From assembly GCA_018262715.1 (NCBI GenBank), contig JADFDS010000021.1, forward strand, positions 112,010 through 176,009: 64,000 bases of DNA, given 5' to 3'. The position numbers and the translations under genes are program-made. The notes below the pieces were generated by a model. The model was given only the letters and a program-made list of their open reading frames with translations. It was not told the origin of the DNA and made no database searches. Source of the DNA: Bacteroidota bacterium (GTDB lineage Bacteria; Bacteroidota; Bacteroidia; Bacteroidales; VadinHA17). This document shows positions 1-12,988 of this stretch, piece after piece (position 1 is the stretch's first letter; each line of letters opens with the position of its first letter).

Positions 1-2305
1 TGAGCAACCGGCTTTCAAGACCCAGTTCCTTGGTGACAACGCCTTCAGGCCTTAACCCTGAAGGAGGAAATTCCGTTGACTGGTTGTACTGTGTGACTCC
101 ATAGATCGTATATGTTCCGGCAGAGAAATAAGGATCTGTTCTGTATGCGCCTGTAGCTGACCCGATCTTGGCCCATCCACCTCTTATCTTCAGATAGTTA
201 AGGATTTTGGAATCAATTTTAAACGTTTCGGTGGGTATCCAGCTTAAGCTAACGGCCGGATAGAAGAAAGGATCTGCAATTGTAGAACTCCAGTCATTAC
301 GGGCGCTTCCTTCAAGATAGATCATGCCATTATATCCGACTGTTGCTGACCCGTAGACACTGTTACTGCGGATCCACGAATGATCCATCTCATTCACCGG
401 ACTTCCCTTGACGTTTGCAATAGTGAAGAGATCGGGGACAGTCAGGAGACCTGCGCCAATACGTGAGTTCTCATATTTCAGGTTGCGATAGTTGGCACCA
501 GCGAGAACATCAATATCAAATTCGGCAATCTTCTTATGAAAGGTTCCGATAATATCAGCATTGAATTCATAATTCTTTATATCATACAAATTGAAGCTAC
601 CGCCATCCCATGAGCCTGTTCCGGCCTGCATTTCATTTGAACGATAGGTTATAACCGGCATCGTCTTCTGGTTGTAATAATCTACCCCTAAACGCCCTTC
701 AATTTTGATGGATGAAACAGGTGTGAAGAACAGAGATGTTTTTCCGAAAAGTCTGTCCTTATTCATTGAATTGGTGTTCTTATTCAAGCTCCAATAAGGG
801 TTATTATGGTAGTTACTGTTCCAGTTGTATGGATAACCGTTTTCCATTGTCTCAGTCCAGTGTTCCTTCAAATCCTTCATGTCAACCTGACGTCCGAACC
901 ATTGCCCCAAAGATTGCATCGGGTTACTTGCATTATACTCTGTCATGGGGAGGTTGCTGCTTTCACTTCTGGTGTAGTTGGTTGACAGATCATAATCAAA
1001 CATCTTACCCAGTTTGATATTTGTATTAAAGTTGATTGAGTAACGTGTCAGATCCGTGTTTGGCAGCGTTCCTTTCTGGTTACGGTAACCTATGGAAGCT
1101 CTTGTTGTTGCCCTTGTTGAGTTTGCAGTAATGGCAATATTGTGATTGGTCGTATACCCAAGCTGGTACAGATCCCTTATATTGTTCGGATGGGATACCC
1201 AATCTGTAGGAATCAGGTTGCCTTCTTCATCACGGGGACTGTTGAATTGGGTAAGTTTCAATCCGGCATCTAAGCGGGGGCCCCAGCTTTCATCAACACC
1301 ATCATTGACTCCGTTACCCAAACCATCAAAGTAACTAAAACCAAACCCGGGGTCAAATTCACCCTGGGCAAACTGCTGATAGGTCCCGTGGAAAACATCC
1401 AATTCGTCCAGAACCTCATCCCCATTTACGTCAATCTCCCCTGCCTGAGCCAATTTATACCAGGTCTCGTCTCCAAGGTACCCTTGTCCGTATTTATTCT
1501 GCATCTTCATCAGACTATAAACCTGGTCAACATTAAAGTTGCCGTCGTAAGTTACTGTCAGCCCTTCCTTTTGCCTGCTGCCGGATTTGGTGGTGATCAG
1601 GATGACCCCATGCCCGGCGCGCATTCCATAGAGTGCTGCTGAACCACCTTTAAGGACTGTGATGGATTCAATATCCTCAGGGTTGATGTCGTACAATCCT
1701 GATCCAAAGTCCACGTTGTTCTGTCTTGATGAGCTGTTTGATACCGGAATACCATCAATGACAATAAGCGGCTGGTTGTCGCCCAATGAGCTGTTCCCGC
1801 GGATAACGATACGGGATGATGCTCCGATCTGACCGCCTGCCTGACTGACTTGTAATCCGGCAATTTTTCCACTCAGGGAAGAAATAACGTTCGCCTGTGC
1901 TGCTCGGGTCAATTCTTCGCTTTTAACATCTTGTATGGCATATCCCAGGGCTTTCCTCTCACGTGATATACCGAGAGCTGTGACAACAACTTCGTCAAGA
2001 CCGAGCATTTCGGTCTGCATTACCACATCAATAGTGGAACGGCCACTGATGTTTTCAGTGATGGTTTTCATCCCGACAAATGTGAAGGTAAGTGAAGTTG
2101 CACTTGCGGGTACAGCAATCGAATACCTGCCGGCCGCATCGGTCAGCATGCCGAGCGTGGTACCTTTGACTGTTACGGATACGCTGGGAATGGGTATGCC
2201 ATCATCAGCTGAAGTAACAGTACCAGAAATCGTCACAGTCTGAGCCATCAGGGTTGTAAAACCTGCTAGCACAAACAGTGAAATTAACAGTTTTAGTCTG
2301 TTCAT
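1..2305 (-). CDS. SusC/RagA-family TonB-dependent outer-membrane receptor, N-terminal ~768 codons (C-terminus beyond left edge)
   Basis: Absent from the supplied ORF track because it runs off the edge. Own minus-strand translation from ATG 2305..2303 gives a signal peptide (MNRLKLLISLFVLAGFTTLMAQ). Next comes a carboxypeptidase-regulatory-like domain (TISGTVTSADDGIPIPSVSVTVKGTTLGMLTDAAGRYSI). A plug follows (DEVVVTALGISRERKALGYA ... NPEDIESITVLKGGSAALYGMRAGHGVILITTK), then barrel-like sequence. The frame stays open to position 2. Confidence 0.9.
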   Translation of the reverse strand, partial: MNRLKLLISLFVLAGFTTLMAQTVTISGTVTSADDGIPIPSVSVTVKGTTLGMLTDAAGRYSIAVPASATSLTFTFVGMKTITENISGRSTIDVVMQTEMLGLDEVVVTALGISRERKALGYAIQDVKSEELTRAAQANVISSLSGKIAGLQVSQAGGQIGASSRIVIRGNSSLGDNQPLIVIDGIPVSNSSSRQNNVDFGSGLYDINPEDIESITVLKGGSAALYGMRAGHGVILITTKSGSRQKEGLTVTYDGNFNVDQVYSLMKMQNKYGQGYLGDETWYKLAQAGEIDVNGDEVLDELDVFHGTYQQFAQGEFDPGFGFSYFDGLGNGVNDGVDESWGPRLDAGLKLTQFNSPRDEEGNLIPTDWVSHPNNIRDLYQLGYTTNHNIAITANSTRATTRASIGYRNQKGTLPNTDLTRYSINFNTNIKLGKMFDYDLSTNYTRSESSNLPMTEYNASNPMQSLGQWFGRQVDMKDLKEHWTETMENGYPYNWNSNYHNNPYWSLNKNTNSMNKDRLFGKTSLFFTPVSSIKIEGRLGVDYYNQKTMPVITYRSNEMQAGTGSWDGGSFNLYDIKNYEFNADIIGTFHKKIAEFDIDVLAGANYRNLKYENSRIGAGLLTVPDLFTIANVKGSPVNEMDHSWIRSNSVYGSATVGYNGMIYLEGSARNDWSSTIADPFFYPAVSLSWIPTETFKIDSKILNYLKIRGGWAKIGSATGAYRTDPYFSAGTYTIYGVTQYNQSTEFPPSGLRPEGVVTKELGLESRLL

Positions 2306-2602
2306 AGATCAGAGTTTAAGTTAGACAATTAGGGTTCTATATACCTTCCCCTGCATGACACAGTCTGCAACTTGGGCGAAAATATGCCTTGCAAGGAAGT
2401 CATAAAAGTAGATATTTTTTTCTTAACAACTATCATTTGCCGATTTTTCCAAGCGAAGTCTTGAAAAAAAATAGGATTTCCAGCAAAAGGAGGTTTATCT
2501 TGTGCCCGTAAAACCTGCCTGTACTGAAATAATGAGTTGTTGAAAATGGAAAGAATCAGGGATTTTTCTACCTTTAGTACGCTTAAAAAACACAACTTAT
2601 AC

Positions 2603-3259
2603 ATGAAAGCAGCGGTAGTACTTGCCGGGTGCGGCGTCAGAGACGGAGCCGAGATACATGAGGCCGTGATGACACTTTATGCCATCGACAAACTCGGCGG
2701 AACCTACCACGTCTTTGCCCCCAATGTGGCTCAACATCACGTCATCAACCACATTACCGGCGAAGAAATGAAGGAGTCACGCAACGTACTGACCGAGGCT
2801 GCCCGGATAGCAAGGGGAAAAATCAGTCCCCTCACTGACTACAGGGCCGAAGATTTTGACACTCTCATCTTCCCCGGAGGATTCGGCGTGGCCAAAAATC
2901 TCTGCACCTACGCCTTTGACGGCCCTGACTGCCATGTCGACAGGGTGGTGGAGAAAACCATACGCTCCACTCACAGTGCCGGCAAACCGATAGGGGCGCT
3001 GTGCATCTCACCCGTGCTTATTGCAAAGGTGCTTGGTGATGTGACGGTGACAATAGGTAATGACCGGCAAACCGCAGCTGACATTGGTAAACTGGGCGGA
3101 AAACACGAAAACCGGCAACATGGTGAGGTGACCATAGACAGGAAAAACCTCATTGTAACAGCACCATGCTATATGATCAATGCTACTATCTCAGAGATAG
3201 CCCGCGATGCTGAAGCAGTGGTAAAAGCCCTGATTGAACTGACCGGCAAAAAAGCATAA
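2603..3259 (+). CDS. elbB: ElbB-like DJ-1/PfpI-family protein (isoprenoid biosynthesis glyoxalase ElbB type)
   Basis: The track ORF 2537..3259 starts at TTG. The first ATG, at 2603, gives MKAAVVLAGCGVRDGAEIHEAV..., a typical ElbB N-terminus. GALCISP matches the nucleophile-elbow Cys context. Confidence 0.8.
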   Translation: MKAAVVLAGCGVRDGAEIHEAVMTLYAIDKLGGTYHVFAPNVAQHHVINHITGEEMKESRNVLTEAARIARGKISPLTDYRAEDFDTLIFPGGFGVAKNLCTYAFDGPDCHVDRVVEKTIRSTHSAGKPIGALCISPVLIAKVLGDVTVTIGNDRQTAADIGKLGGKHENRQHGEVTIDRKNLIVTAPCYMINATISEIARDAEAVVKALIELTGKKA

Positions 3260-3294
3260 CCCGGGATCAGATTGGACTGACCGGCAAAAGACCG

Positions 3295-3921
3295 TCATAA
3301 CCGCCCGGCCTCAATCTCCCTGACGATATATTCTATAAGATAGTCATCGCCATTTGGGTCATAGTTTGACTTAAGGTTGGCACCAAAGATGCGGGCCACA
3401 CCCTGCCAGAAGGTGGCGGAAAACTTTCCGCGGTACTGCCTTATGAGATCATACGATGTATTCTGAGTCTCCCTGTCAATCAGCTTGATGAGTATCTTTC
3501 CCTGGGTGAAGGTCAGTTTTCTTATATCTCCCTCATACTGCGCCAGTAAATCCTTCTCATAAGACTGCAGGAAATCACGCTTTGCACGATCAGTCGGAAG
3601 AGTCTCAAGAAGCCTGTTTATCCGGCCGAACTCATCCCTGACTATCAGCGCAAACGGATAAACACGACGCACATTATAAACAAGACGGGCATGCCTGCGG
3701 TAATCAAACCTGACTCCTCTTGGCATCTTTCCGATGACAATAATCTCTTTCAGCTCCACAAACGGATAAGTCTGCCCGTCAAATGTCGCAGTCTTAAGCA
3801 CATGCACCGGCGCCATGACAGTGTCAGCCACAACAGTGTCAGCCACAACAGTGTCATTCCTCTGTCCGTAAACGCCCGCATGAAGAAAACCAAGGAGCAG
3901 TATGATAACCACTCTTTTCAT
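3295..3921 (-). CDS. DUF4294-family secreted protein
   Basis: Signal peptide MKRVVIILLLGFLHAGVYGQ from the internal ATG. The C-terminal block LTFTQGKILIKLIDRETQNTSYDLIRQYRGKFSATFWQGVARIFGANLKSNYDP matches my recollection of DUF4294. Confidence 0.6.
   Translation of the reverse strand: MKRVVIILLLGFLHAGVYGQRNDTVVADTVVADTVMAPVHVLKTATFDGQTYPFVELKEIIVIGKMPRGVRFDYRRHARLVYNVRRVYPFALIVRDEFGRINRLLETLPTDRAKRDFLQSYEKDLLAQYEGDIRKLTFTQGKILIKLIDRETQNTSYDLIRQYRGKFSATFWQGVARIFGANLKSNYDPNGDDYLIEYIVREIEAGRL
3828..3866. repeat. 15-bp tandem repeat x2.6 inside the DUF4294 gene
   Basis: ACAGTGTCAGCCACA repeated. Encodes DTVVADTVVADTV just after the signal peptide. Confidence 0.9.
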
Positions 3922-4026
3922 AATTACCTGCAAATTTAACCAATTGTCGTGCCAAAGGGTTCACGGGAAGGTAAAAGTGAGCATTGTCATTATGTATAAA
4001 CAGCTATCAGCTATCTTTGGGAACTC

Positions 4027-4665
4027 ATGAAACATACACCGGATACAGACCAGCTTGATGACCCTTCATTGTATGAGAAGGTACTGACCCTTCCGTACGA
4101 TGAGATCGGTCCTTTTGTGCTCGGGGAGATGACCAGGTATACCAGGCCGATGCTCCGTATCTGGATCACCTTTGCTGCAACCATCTTTCTGTCAGTATGG
4201 TTCTGGCCGGGAGTGGCATACCACCCGGAAGAGCCGCGGATTGTCGCCGGACTTGCTGCCGGACTGATACTGATCCCGCTGTTGCTGGTCCCGGTGCATG
4301 AGGGTTCGCACCTGATACCCTTCCTCCTTGCAGGAGCCCGCGACATAAGATTCGGGGCAGACCTGCGCCAGGGAATCATTTACGTAACGGCGCACAGATT
4401 CGTCGCAGATAAGAGACTCTTCTCGCTGGTTGCATCCACGCCCTTCATCCTGATTACAGTCGCTATCCTGGCAGCCATCCTCCTCTCTCCACCCTGGTGG
4501 AAATGGGTGCTGTCGATGACCCTGCTGGTACATACCACCATGTGCGCCGGTGATGCCGCGCTGACCGGCTTCATGAGCAGGTTCGGCAAGAGGAGGGTAT
4601 ATACATGGGATGACGCAGACAGGAAGGAGGCTTATTTCTATGCCTCCGCAGAAACCATCGGTTAA
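4027..4665 (+). CDS. DUF3267-like membrane protein (putative zincin, HExxH)
   Basis: Several hydrophobic segments. An HEGSH (HExxH) motif sits at VPVHEGSHLIPF. Overall layout resembles DUF3267. Confidence 0.5.
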   Translation: MKHTPDTDQLDDPSLYEKVLTLPYDEIGPFVLGEMTRYTRPMLRIWITFAATIFLSVWFWPGVAYHPEEPRIVAGLAAGLILIPLLLVPVHEGSHLIPFLLAGARDIRFGADLRQGIIYVTAHRFVADKRLFSLVASTPFILITVAILAAILLSPPWWKWVLSMTLLVHTTMCAGDAALTGFMSRFGKRRVYTWDDADRKEAYFYASAETIG

Positions 4666-4724
4666 AGAACAACTGTAAGACAGTAATACATATTTCATAA
4701 ATTTAAACCCGCAAAACAAACCTG

Positions 4725-6167
4725 ATGAGCAGCTTTACCCAGTCATTGAAAAAATTCCCGCGATTATTCTGGATATCAAACATCATTGAGCTGTTCGAAC
4801 GGTGGGGCTGGTATGCCTTCTACAACGGATTCATAGCGCTTTACCTCACCACTCCTAAAGAGGACGGAGCCCTGGGGTTCACAAACGTGGAAAAGGGAAC
4901 CATAATGGGTACCGCCTCAATGATTCTGTATTTCCTTCCCGTTATCACCGGTGCCGTTGCCGACAGGGTCGGGTACAAAAAGGTGCTGATTACTTCATTC
5001 ATCACCTATGTCATCTCATTCTTCATGCTGAGCCGGTTCGAAACATTCGGTTCCATTTTCGCCGCCTTCATCCTCCTGGCTGTAGCAGGCGCTCTCTTCA
5101 AACCGCTTATATCCGGGACCGTGGCCCGCGTCACTGACAGGGAGACAGCATCTCTCGGATTCGGAATATTCTATATGGTGGTGAATATCGGCGGCTTCAT
5201 CGGCCCGTTTGTCGCCAGCCTGCTTTACAGGAACAACTGGGACTCGGTGTTCTATATGTCCATCGCAGCCATGACCCTCAACCTCCTTCTCACCATCTTC
5301 TTCTACAAGGAACCTGCCGTGACAGGGAACGGGAACAGTTTCGTCAAAAATATAGGGATAGCATTCAGAAATATCGGGGTAACCCTTACCGACTGGCGTT
5401 TCCTGCTCTTTCTGCTTATCATAGGTGTCTTCTGGACGGCTTATAACCAGCTTTATTACTCATTCCCCGTCTTCCTGGAGTCATGGGTGAACCTCGACGG
5501 GATGTCAGCCTCCCTGGGACTTAAACCCGGAACCATAACCACAGTCACAATCTCAAGCCTCGCGTCATTCTTTATCATTCTCTTCCAGCTGATTATCTCA
5601 TCGATAACGGCCAGGCTCAGGCCCCTGAACAGTATCATGACCGGGATCTTTATCCTGGCTTTCGGACTGGGAATGATGTTTGCAAACCTCAATCCCTGGA
5701 TAATAGTCCTTGGCGTTCTGATTTTCGGCATCGGCGAGATGGCTTCTTCACCCAAGGTGCAGGAATATCTCGGCGGAATTGCTCCGCCTGACAGAAAGGC
5801 TCTCTACATGGGTACTGCCTTCCTGCCGATAGCCCTTGGCCACCTGGGTGCCGGATGGATATCCGGCAAACCATACGAGGTAAGGGCTGACAAACTGTTC
5901 CTCCTGAAAAAGGCAGTGGAGGAAAAGGGATTTGATATCCCTGAAATTTCCGGAAGCTTCACCCAGACCGACTACTTTAACAGGGCACAGGAGCTCTTCG
6001 GAATGGACTCGCATCAACTGACACGATACCTGTGGGATACATATAGCCCCTCGCGTGTCTGGATACTCTTTACTGCCATCGCCATTGCCGCCAGTGTTCT
6101 GCTTTACCTTTATGACCGCCTTATCCTGAAAGGACGGGACGCGGCAGGGAACGGATCCAGGCAGTAG
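4725..6167 (+). CDS. POT/PTR2-family (MFS) di-/tripeptide:proton symporter
   Basis: The N-terminal ELFERWGWYAFY resembles the POT ExxERFxYY signature. About 12-14 hydrophobic helices. Confidence 0.75.
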   Translation: MSSFTQSLKKFPRLFWISNIIELFERWGWYAFYNGFIALYLTTPKEDGALGFTNVEKGTIMGTASMILYFLPVITGAVADRVGYKKVLITSFITYVISFFMLSRFETFGSIFAAFILLAVAGALFKPLISGTVARVTDRETASLGFGIFYMVVNIGGFIGPFVASLLYRNNWDSVFYMSIAAMTLNLLLTIFFYKEPAVTGNGNSFVKNIGIAFRNIGVTLTDWRFLLFLLIIGVFWTAYNQLYYSFPVFLESWVNLDGMSASLGLKPGTITTVTISSLASFFIILFQLIISSITARLRPLNSIMTGIFILAFGLGMMFANLNPWIIVLGVLIFGIGEMASSPKVQEYLGGIAPPDRKALYMGTAFLPIALGHLGAGWISGKPYEVRADKLFLLKKAVEEKGFDIPEISGSFTQTDYFNRAQELFGMDSHQLTRYLWDTYSPSRVWILFTAIAIAASVLLYLYDRLILKGRDAAGNGSRQ

Positions 6168-6223
6168 GTATTAGGCATTAGGCAATGAAAAAATCAATCG
6201 CAATTCGCAAATCGCAAATCCCA
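6166..6223. repeat. Two adjacent heptamer microrepeats (AGGCATT x3, then AATCGCA x4)
   Basis: AGGTATT AGGCATT AGGCAAT (6166..6186) overlaps the POT-gene stop codon TAG (6165..6167) and extends downstream. AATCGCA ATTCGCA AATCGCA AATCCCA follows at 6196..6223. Confidence 0.85.
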
Positions 6224-6228
6224 AATAT

Positions 6229-7308
6229 ATGAAAATCAGACTCTTTACATTATCGCTTTTATTACTGGGCACCATGTCACTGCAGGCCCAGCGGCGCATG
6301 CTCAGCGTTCCCGAACTGCCGGGCTATGTGACCCTGAAATGCGACTTTCACATGCACACTGTCTTTTCCGACGGAAACGTCTGGCCCATATACCGGGTCG
6401 GCGAAGCGTGGCGAGATGGTCTTGATGTCATTTCAATCACAGACCATATTGAATATCAGCCGCATAAACAATACATACCTGTTGACCACAGCGCTGCCTG
6501 GAAGATAGCTTCTGCAACGGCAGCTGATTATAACATCATCCTCGTCAAGGGTTCGGAGATAACCCGCAAGATGCCTCCCGGCCACCTCAACGCACTGTTT
6601 ATTTCAGAACCGGACTCGCTGGTAAAGGATGACTTCATGAAGGTAATCGAAGCCGCAGTGGCCCAGGGCGCATTCATCCAGTGGAACCACCCTGGATGGA
6701 AAAGCCAGCAGCCTGACGGAATACCGCGGATGTACGATGTGCACAGGGAACTGATTGAAAAGGGGTGGCTGCACGGAATCGAGTATTACAATCATGTCGA
6801 GTACTACCCGTTGGTGATGGATATGTGTCGCGACAACAAGCTGGCTGTCATGGGAAACAGCGATTTTCATGACGTGATCAGCGAGGGATACGCTGCTCCG
6901 GAATACTCTCACAGGCCCATGACACTGGTATTTGCTAAAGAACGTACCGGAGAATCTCTCAAGGAAGCGATGTTCGCACGAAGAACTGCAGTATGGTACG
7001 GTGATAATCTCGCAGCACTTGAAGAGATAGCTGCACCGCTGTTCAGATCGGTGATAACTGCAGGAGCACCTTTTAAGGATGACGGCACCAGGATCTGGTT
7101 TGAGCTCTGCAACTCTTCAGAAATCCCCATGAAACTCTCAGGGGGCCCCGAGGGAGCGCCGGCAACGTTTACCGTGCCTGCACGCGGAATGGTGGTGGTC
7201 AGGGCTGACAGAAAATACCTCTCACAACCTCTCGTCTACAATGTCGACAATATCGTTACCGGAAGCAACAGCATGCTGAAGGTGGAAATATCGCCGGCAA
7301 AGAAGTAA
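6229..7308 (+). CDS. Secreted PHP-domain metal-dependent phosphoesterase (Sb-PDE-like)
   Basis: Signal peptide, then CDFHMHTVFSDGNVWP...DVISITDHIEY, a PHP His/Asp metal-ligand pattern. Confidence 0.65.
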   Translation: MKIRLFTLSLLLLGTMSLQAQRRMLSVPELPGYVTLKCDFHMHTVFSDGNVWPIYRVGEAWRDGLDVISITDHIEYQPHKQYIPVDHSAAWKIASATAADYNIILVKGSEITRKMPPGHLNALFISEPDSLVKDDFMKVIEAAVAQGAFIQWNHPGWKSQQPDGIPRMYDVHRELIEKGWLHGIEYYNHVEYYPLVMDMCRDNKLAVMGNSDFHDVISEGYAAPEYSHRPMTLVFAKERTGESLKEAMFARRTAVWYGDNLAALEEIAAPLFRSVITAGAPFKDDGTRIWFELCNSSEIPMKLSGGPEGAPATFTVPARGMVVVRADRKYLSQPLVYNVDNIVTGSNSMLKVEISPAKK

Positions 7309-7332
7309 AAAACCAGTTGTTTCAGGCTGAAA

Positions 7333-7354
7333 CCGGCACTGGTGACTGTGCCGG
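7333..7354. terminator. Hairpin between convergent PHP and GH2 genes
   Basis: CCGGCAC-N8-GTGCCGG, a 7-bp stem in the 53-nt convergent gap. Confidence 0.35.
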
Positions 7355-7361
7355 GGTGCCA

Positions 7362-10637
<3,276 letters not shown>

Positions 10638-10643
10638 TCAGGA

Positions 10644-11234
10644 TCATATCAGCAAATCTTCCGGCCTGTTGATGTTCGTCAGGGCTTTACGTGCCTCCCG
10701 GGTCAGGGGGAGATCAAAATATCGTGTGTCAGCAAGTTTATAGAAATCAATGATGGCATTGCTGCCGCCTCCTTCGATATGACCGACCAGGGCAGGATGG
10801 ATTTTACGGCTGTAAAGGGAGTGAAGCGGTTCGGCAAGTCCGCCTGACCTGGCAACAAGAATATCCGGAGGATTATTGAGAAACTCATTGGCCTGTGCTC
10901 TTATGAGCTCTTCAGAGAGCCATGGCATGTCGCCACCGAATACGAACAGGACGGGTGAGCGAACCACCCTCAGTGCCGCCTCGATGCCGGCCAGAGGCCC
11001 CACTCCCCCGTAATTGTCATGCACAAGTATGACATCACCCGGGAGCGGGTCATCAGGAGGCCAGCCTGCAACAATCATCTCACTGAAGAGAGGCTCTAGA
11101 AGGCTGATGGTACGCGAGATGACCGTGACGCCATCGACAGGTATCAGCGCCTTGTTTCTTCCGCCGAAGCGGGAAGCCCGTCCGCCTGCAAGAATGGCTG
11201 CCGATATTTCAGGAAATGCCTTGATCAGAATAAT
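10644..11234 (-). CDS. mobA: Molybdenum cofactor guanylyltransferase (MobA-like); start codon non-canonical or uncertain
   Basis: The track ORF starts at ATG 11078. The frame is open up to TAG at 11240..11238 and there encodes [35 protein letters not shown], the MobA nucleotide-binding N-terminus. Downstream motifs are GPLAGI and GGDMP. This stretch contains only ATT, ATT, CTG and ATC as possible starts. Confidence 0.6.
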   Translation of the reverse strand: MILIKAFPEISAAILAGGRASRFGGRNKALIPVDGVTVISRTISLLEPLFSEMIVAGWPPDDPLPGDVILVHDNYGGVGPLAGIEAALRVVRSPVLFVFGGDMPWLSEELIRAQANEFLNNPPDILVARSGGLAEPLHSLYSRKIHPALVGHIEGGGSNAIIDFYKLADTRYFDLPLTREARKALTNINRPEDLLI

Positions 11235-12895
11235 CCGCTAATCTGTCCCCTGTCGTCTATGTCTATCTTCTCTGCCGAGGGTATTGCCGGCAGACCCGGC
11301 ATGCGCATGATGGATCCGGCTATCGGCACAATGAATCCGGCTCCTGATGACAGTTCCACCTTACGGATTCGGATGGTGAAATCCCTGGGCCTGTTGCGCC
11401 TGGCCTGGTCATCAGAGAGCGATTTCTGGGTTTTGGCGATGCACACTGCGAGGCTGTCAAGGCCAAGCTCGGAAATCTTTTTGAGCTGTTCTTTTGCCTC
11501 CAGGGTGTATTCCACATTTCTTGCACCGTACATGAGGGTGGTGATTGTCTCAATCTTCTTCTCCAGCGGCCACGCAAGGTCATATAGCGGGGTAAAACAG
11601 TCAGTGCATGCGTCGGAGGCTTCAATGACGGCATTGGCAAGCTCAACGGCTCCCTTTCCCCCGTCAGCCCAGGCTGAATTGACAGCCACCCTGACATTGT
11701 GCTCCTCGCAGTATTTCTTAAGCAGTTCAATCTCAGCCTCTGTATCGGAACTGAAACGGTTGACCGCAACAACCGGCCTGAACCCGTAATAATGCATGTT
11801 CTCAATGTGCTTGTCAAGATTCTCAAAACCTTTCTTCAGTGCTTCGAGGTTTTCATTGGCAAGTTCGGAGAGCCTGACCCCTCCGTGATACTTCAGAGCC
11901 CTGATGGTGGCAACTATCACAACCGCGTTGGTTTTCAGCTTACCTACCTGCGACTTGATGTTGAAAAACTTCTCGGCGCCCAGCTCGCTGGCAAAACCTG
12001 CCTCGGTGACCACATAGTCACTGAGCGAGAGCCCCATCTTTGTTGCCAGTATGGAGTTGGTACCCTGGGCAATGTTTGCAAACGGACCGCCGTGAATAAT
12101 GGCGGGAGTGCCTTCAAGTGTCTGAACCAGGTTGGGCTTCAGGGCATCCTTGAGGAGTGCAGCCATAGCACCCTGGGCACGAAGATCACGCGCAAAAACC
12201 GGTTTGCCTGCGTATGTGTAACCGATGAAAATATTTCCAAGCCGCTCCTTGAGATCACTGATGCTCGTTGCCAGGCACAGAATTGCCATCACCTCGGAGG
12301 CAGCCGTTATATCAAATCCTGTCTCCCTGGGAACACCCTGGGCCGTCCCGCCCAGACCAATCACCACGTCACGGAGAGCACGGTCATTCATATCCATTAC
12401 CCTCTTCCATGCAATGGTCCGCGGATCAATGCCAAGGTTTCCCTCCGACGACTGTATGTTGTTGTCAATCATTGCAGCCAGAAGGTTGTGAGCTTTCTCA
12501 ACGGCAGACAGATCACCGGTAAAATGGAGGTTTATGTCCTCCATGGGTATCACCTGTGAATACCCGCCACCGGCTGCCCCTCCCTTTATGCCGAAAACAG
12601 GTCCCAGAGACGGCTCCCTCAGCACCACGGTGGCTCTTTTACCCAGCTGGTTGAGACCCTGTGCCAGTCCGATTGAAGTGGTGGTCTTTCCTTCACCGGC
12701 AGGCGTGGGAGTGATTGCTGTAACAAGTATGAGCTTTGCACGCGCCGCCTTTTTCTCGTCAATAAGAGAAAGCGGCAGCTTGGCTTTGTACTTTCCGTAC
12801 AGTTCAAGGTCATCCTCCTTAAGTCCCAGCTTCTGTGCAACCTCGGTGACAGGCCTTATTGAGGCACTCTGAGCGATCTCGATGTCTGTTTTCAT
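11225..12895 (-). CDS. fhs: Formate--tetrahydrofolate ligase
   Basis: N-terminus MKTDIEIAQ..., [17 protein letters not shown]-loop, 556 aa. Confidence 0.95.
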   Translation of the reverse strand: MKTDIEIAQSASIRPVTEVAQKLGLKEDDLELYGKYKAKLPLSLIDEKKAARAKLILVTAITPTPAGEGKTTTSIGLAQGLNQLGKRATVVLREPSLGPVFGIKGGAAGGGYSQVIPMEDINLHFTGDLSAVEKAHNLLAAMIDNNIQSSEGNLGIDPRTIAWKRVMDMNDRALRDVVIGLGGTAQGVPRETGFDITAASEVMAILCLATSISDLKERLGNIFIGYTYAGKPVFARDLRAQGAMAALLKDALKPNLVQTLEGTPAIIHGGPFANIAQGTNSILATKMGLSLSDYVVTEAGFASELGAEKFFNIKSQVGKLKTNAVVIVATIRALKYHGGVRLSELANENLEALKKGFENLDKHIENMHYYGFRPVVAVNRFSSDTEAEIELLKKYCEEHNVRVAVNSAWADGGKGAVELANAVIEASDACTDCFTPLYDLAWPLEKKIETITTLMYGARNVEYTLEAKEQLKKISELGLDSLAVCIAKTQKSLSDDQARRNRPRDFTIRIRKVELSSGAGFIVPIAGSIMRMPGLPAIPSAEKIDIDDRGQISGLF

Positions 12896-12988
12896 AGGGG
12901 AAATAATTGTTTGGGATAAAATTAAGTTTTAATTCCTTTTCACAAGAACAATTATCTGTTGTGATAGTTTAGTTCAACAAAGAATGAT

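Noticed and set aside
2537-2602. N-terminal extensions in the ORF track: 2537, 3933, 14380, 18231, 26413, 50780, 56016, 56200, 62137
   Set aside because: The track takes the most upstream ATG/GTG/TTG. In each case an internal ATG yields a proper signal peptide or the conserved family N-terminus, so I moved the starts.
11699-12559. 286-aa plus-strand ORF antisense to fhs (plus nested ORFs at 12225, 12268 and 12534)
   Set aside because: fhs is unambiguous on the minus strand. The antisense translation is featureless.
12896-12988. ZTP (pfl) or THF riboswitch upstream of fhs
   Set aside because: fhs is a classic ZTP-regulated gene, so I looked. The 93-nt AT-rich leader has no GGGTCGTGAC.., CCGCCTGGGC-like or THF-like conserved elements that I can see.
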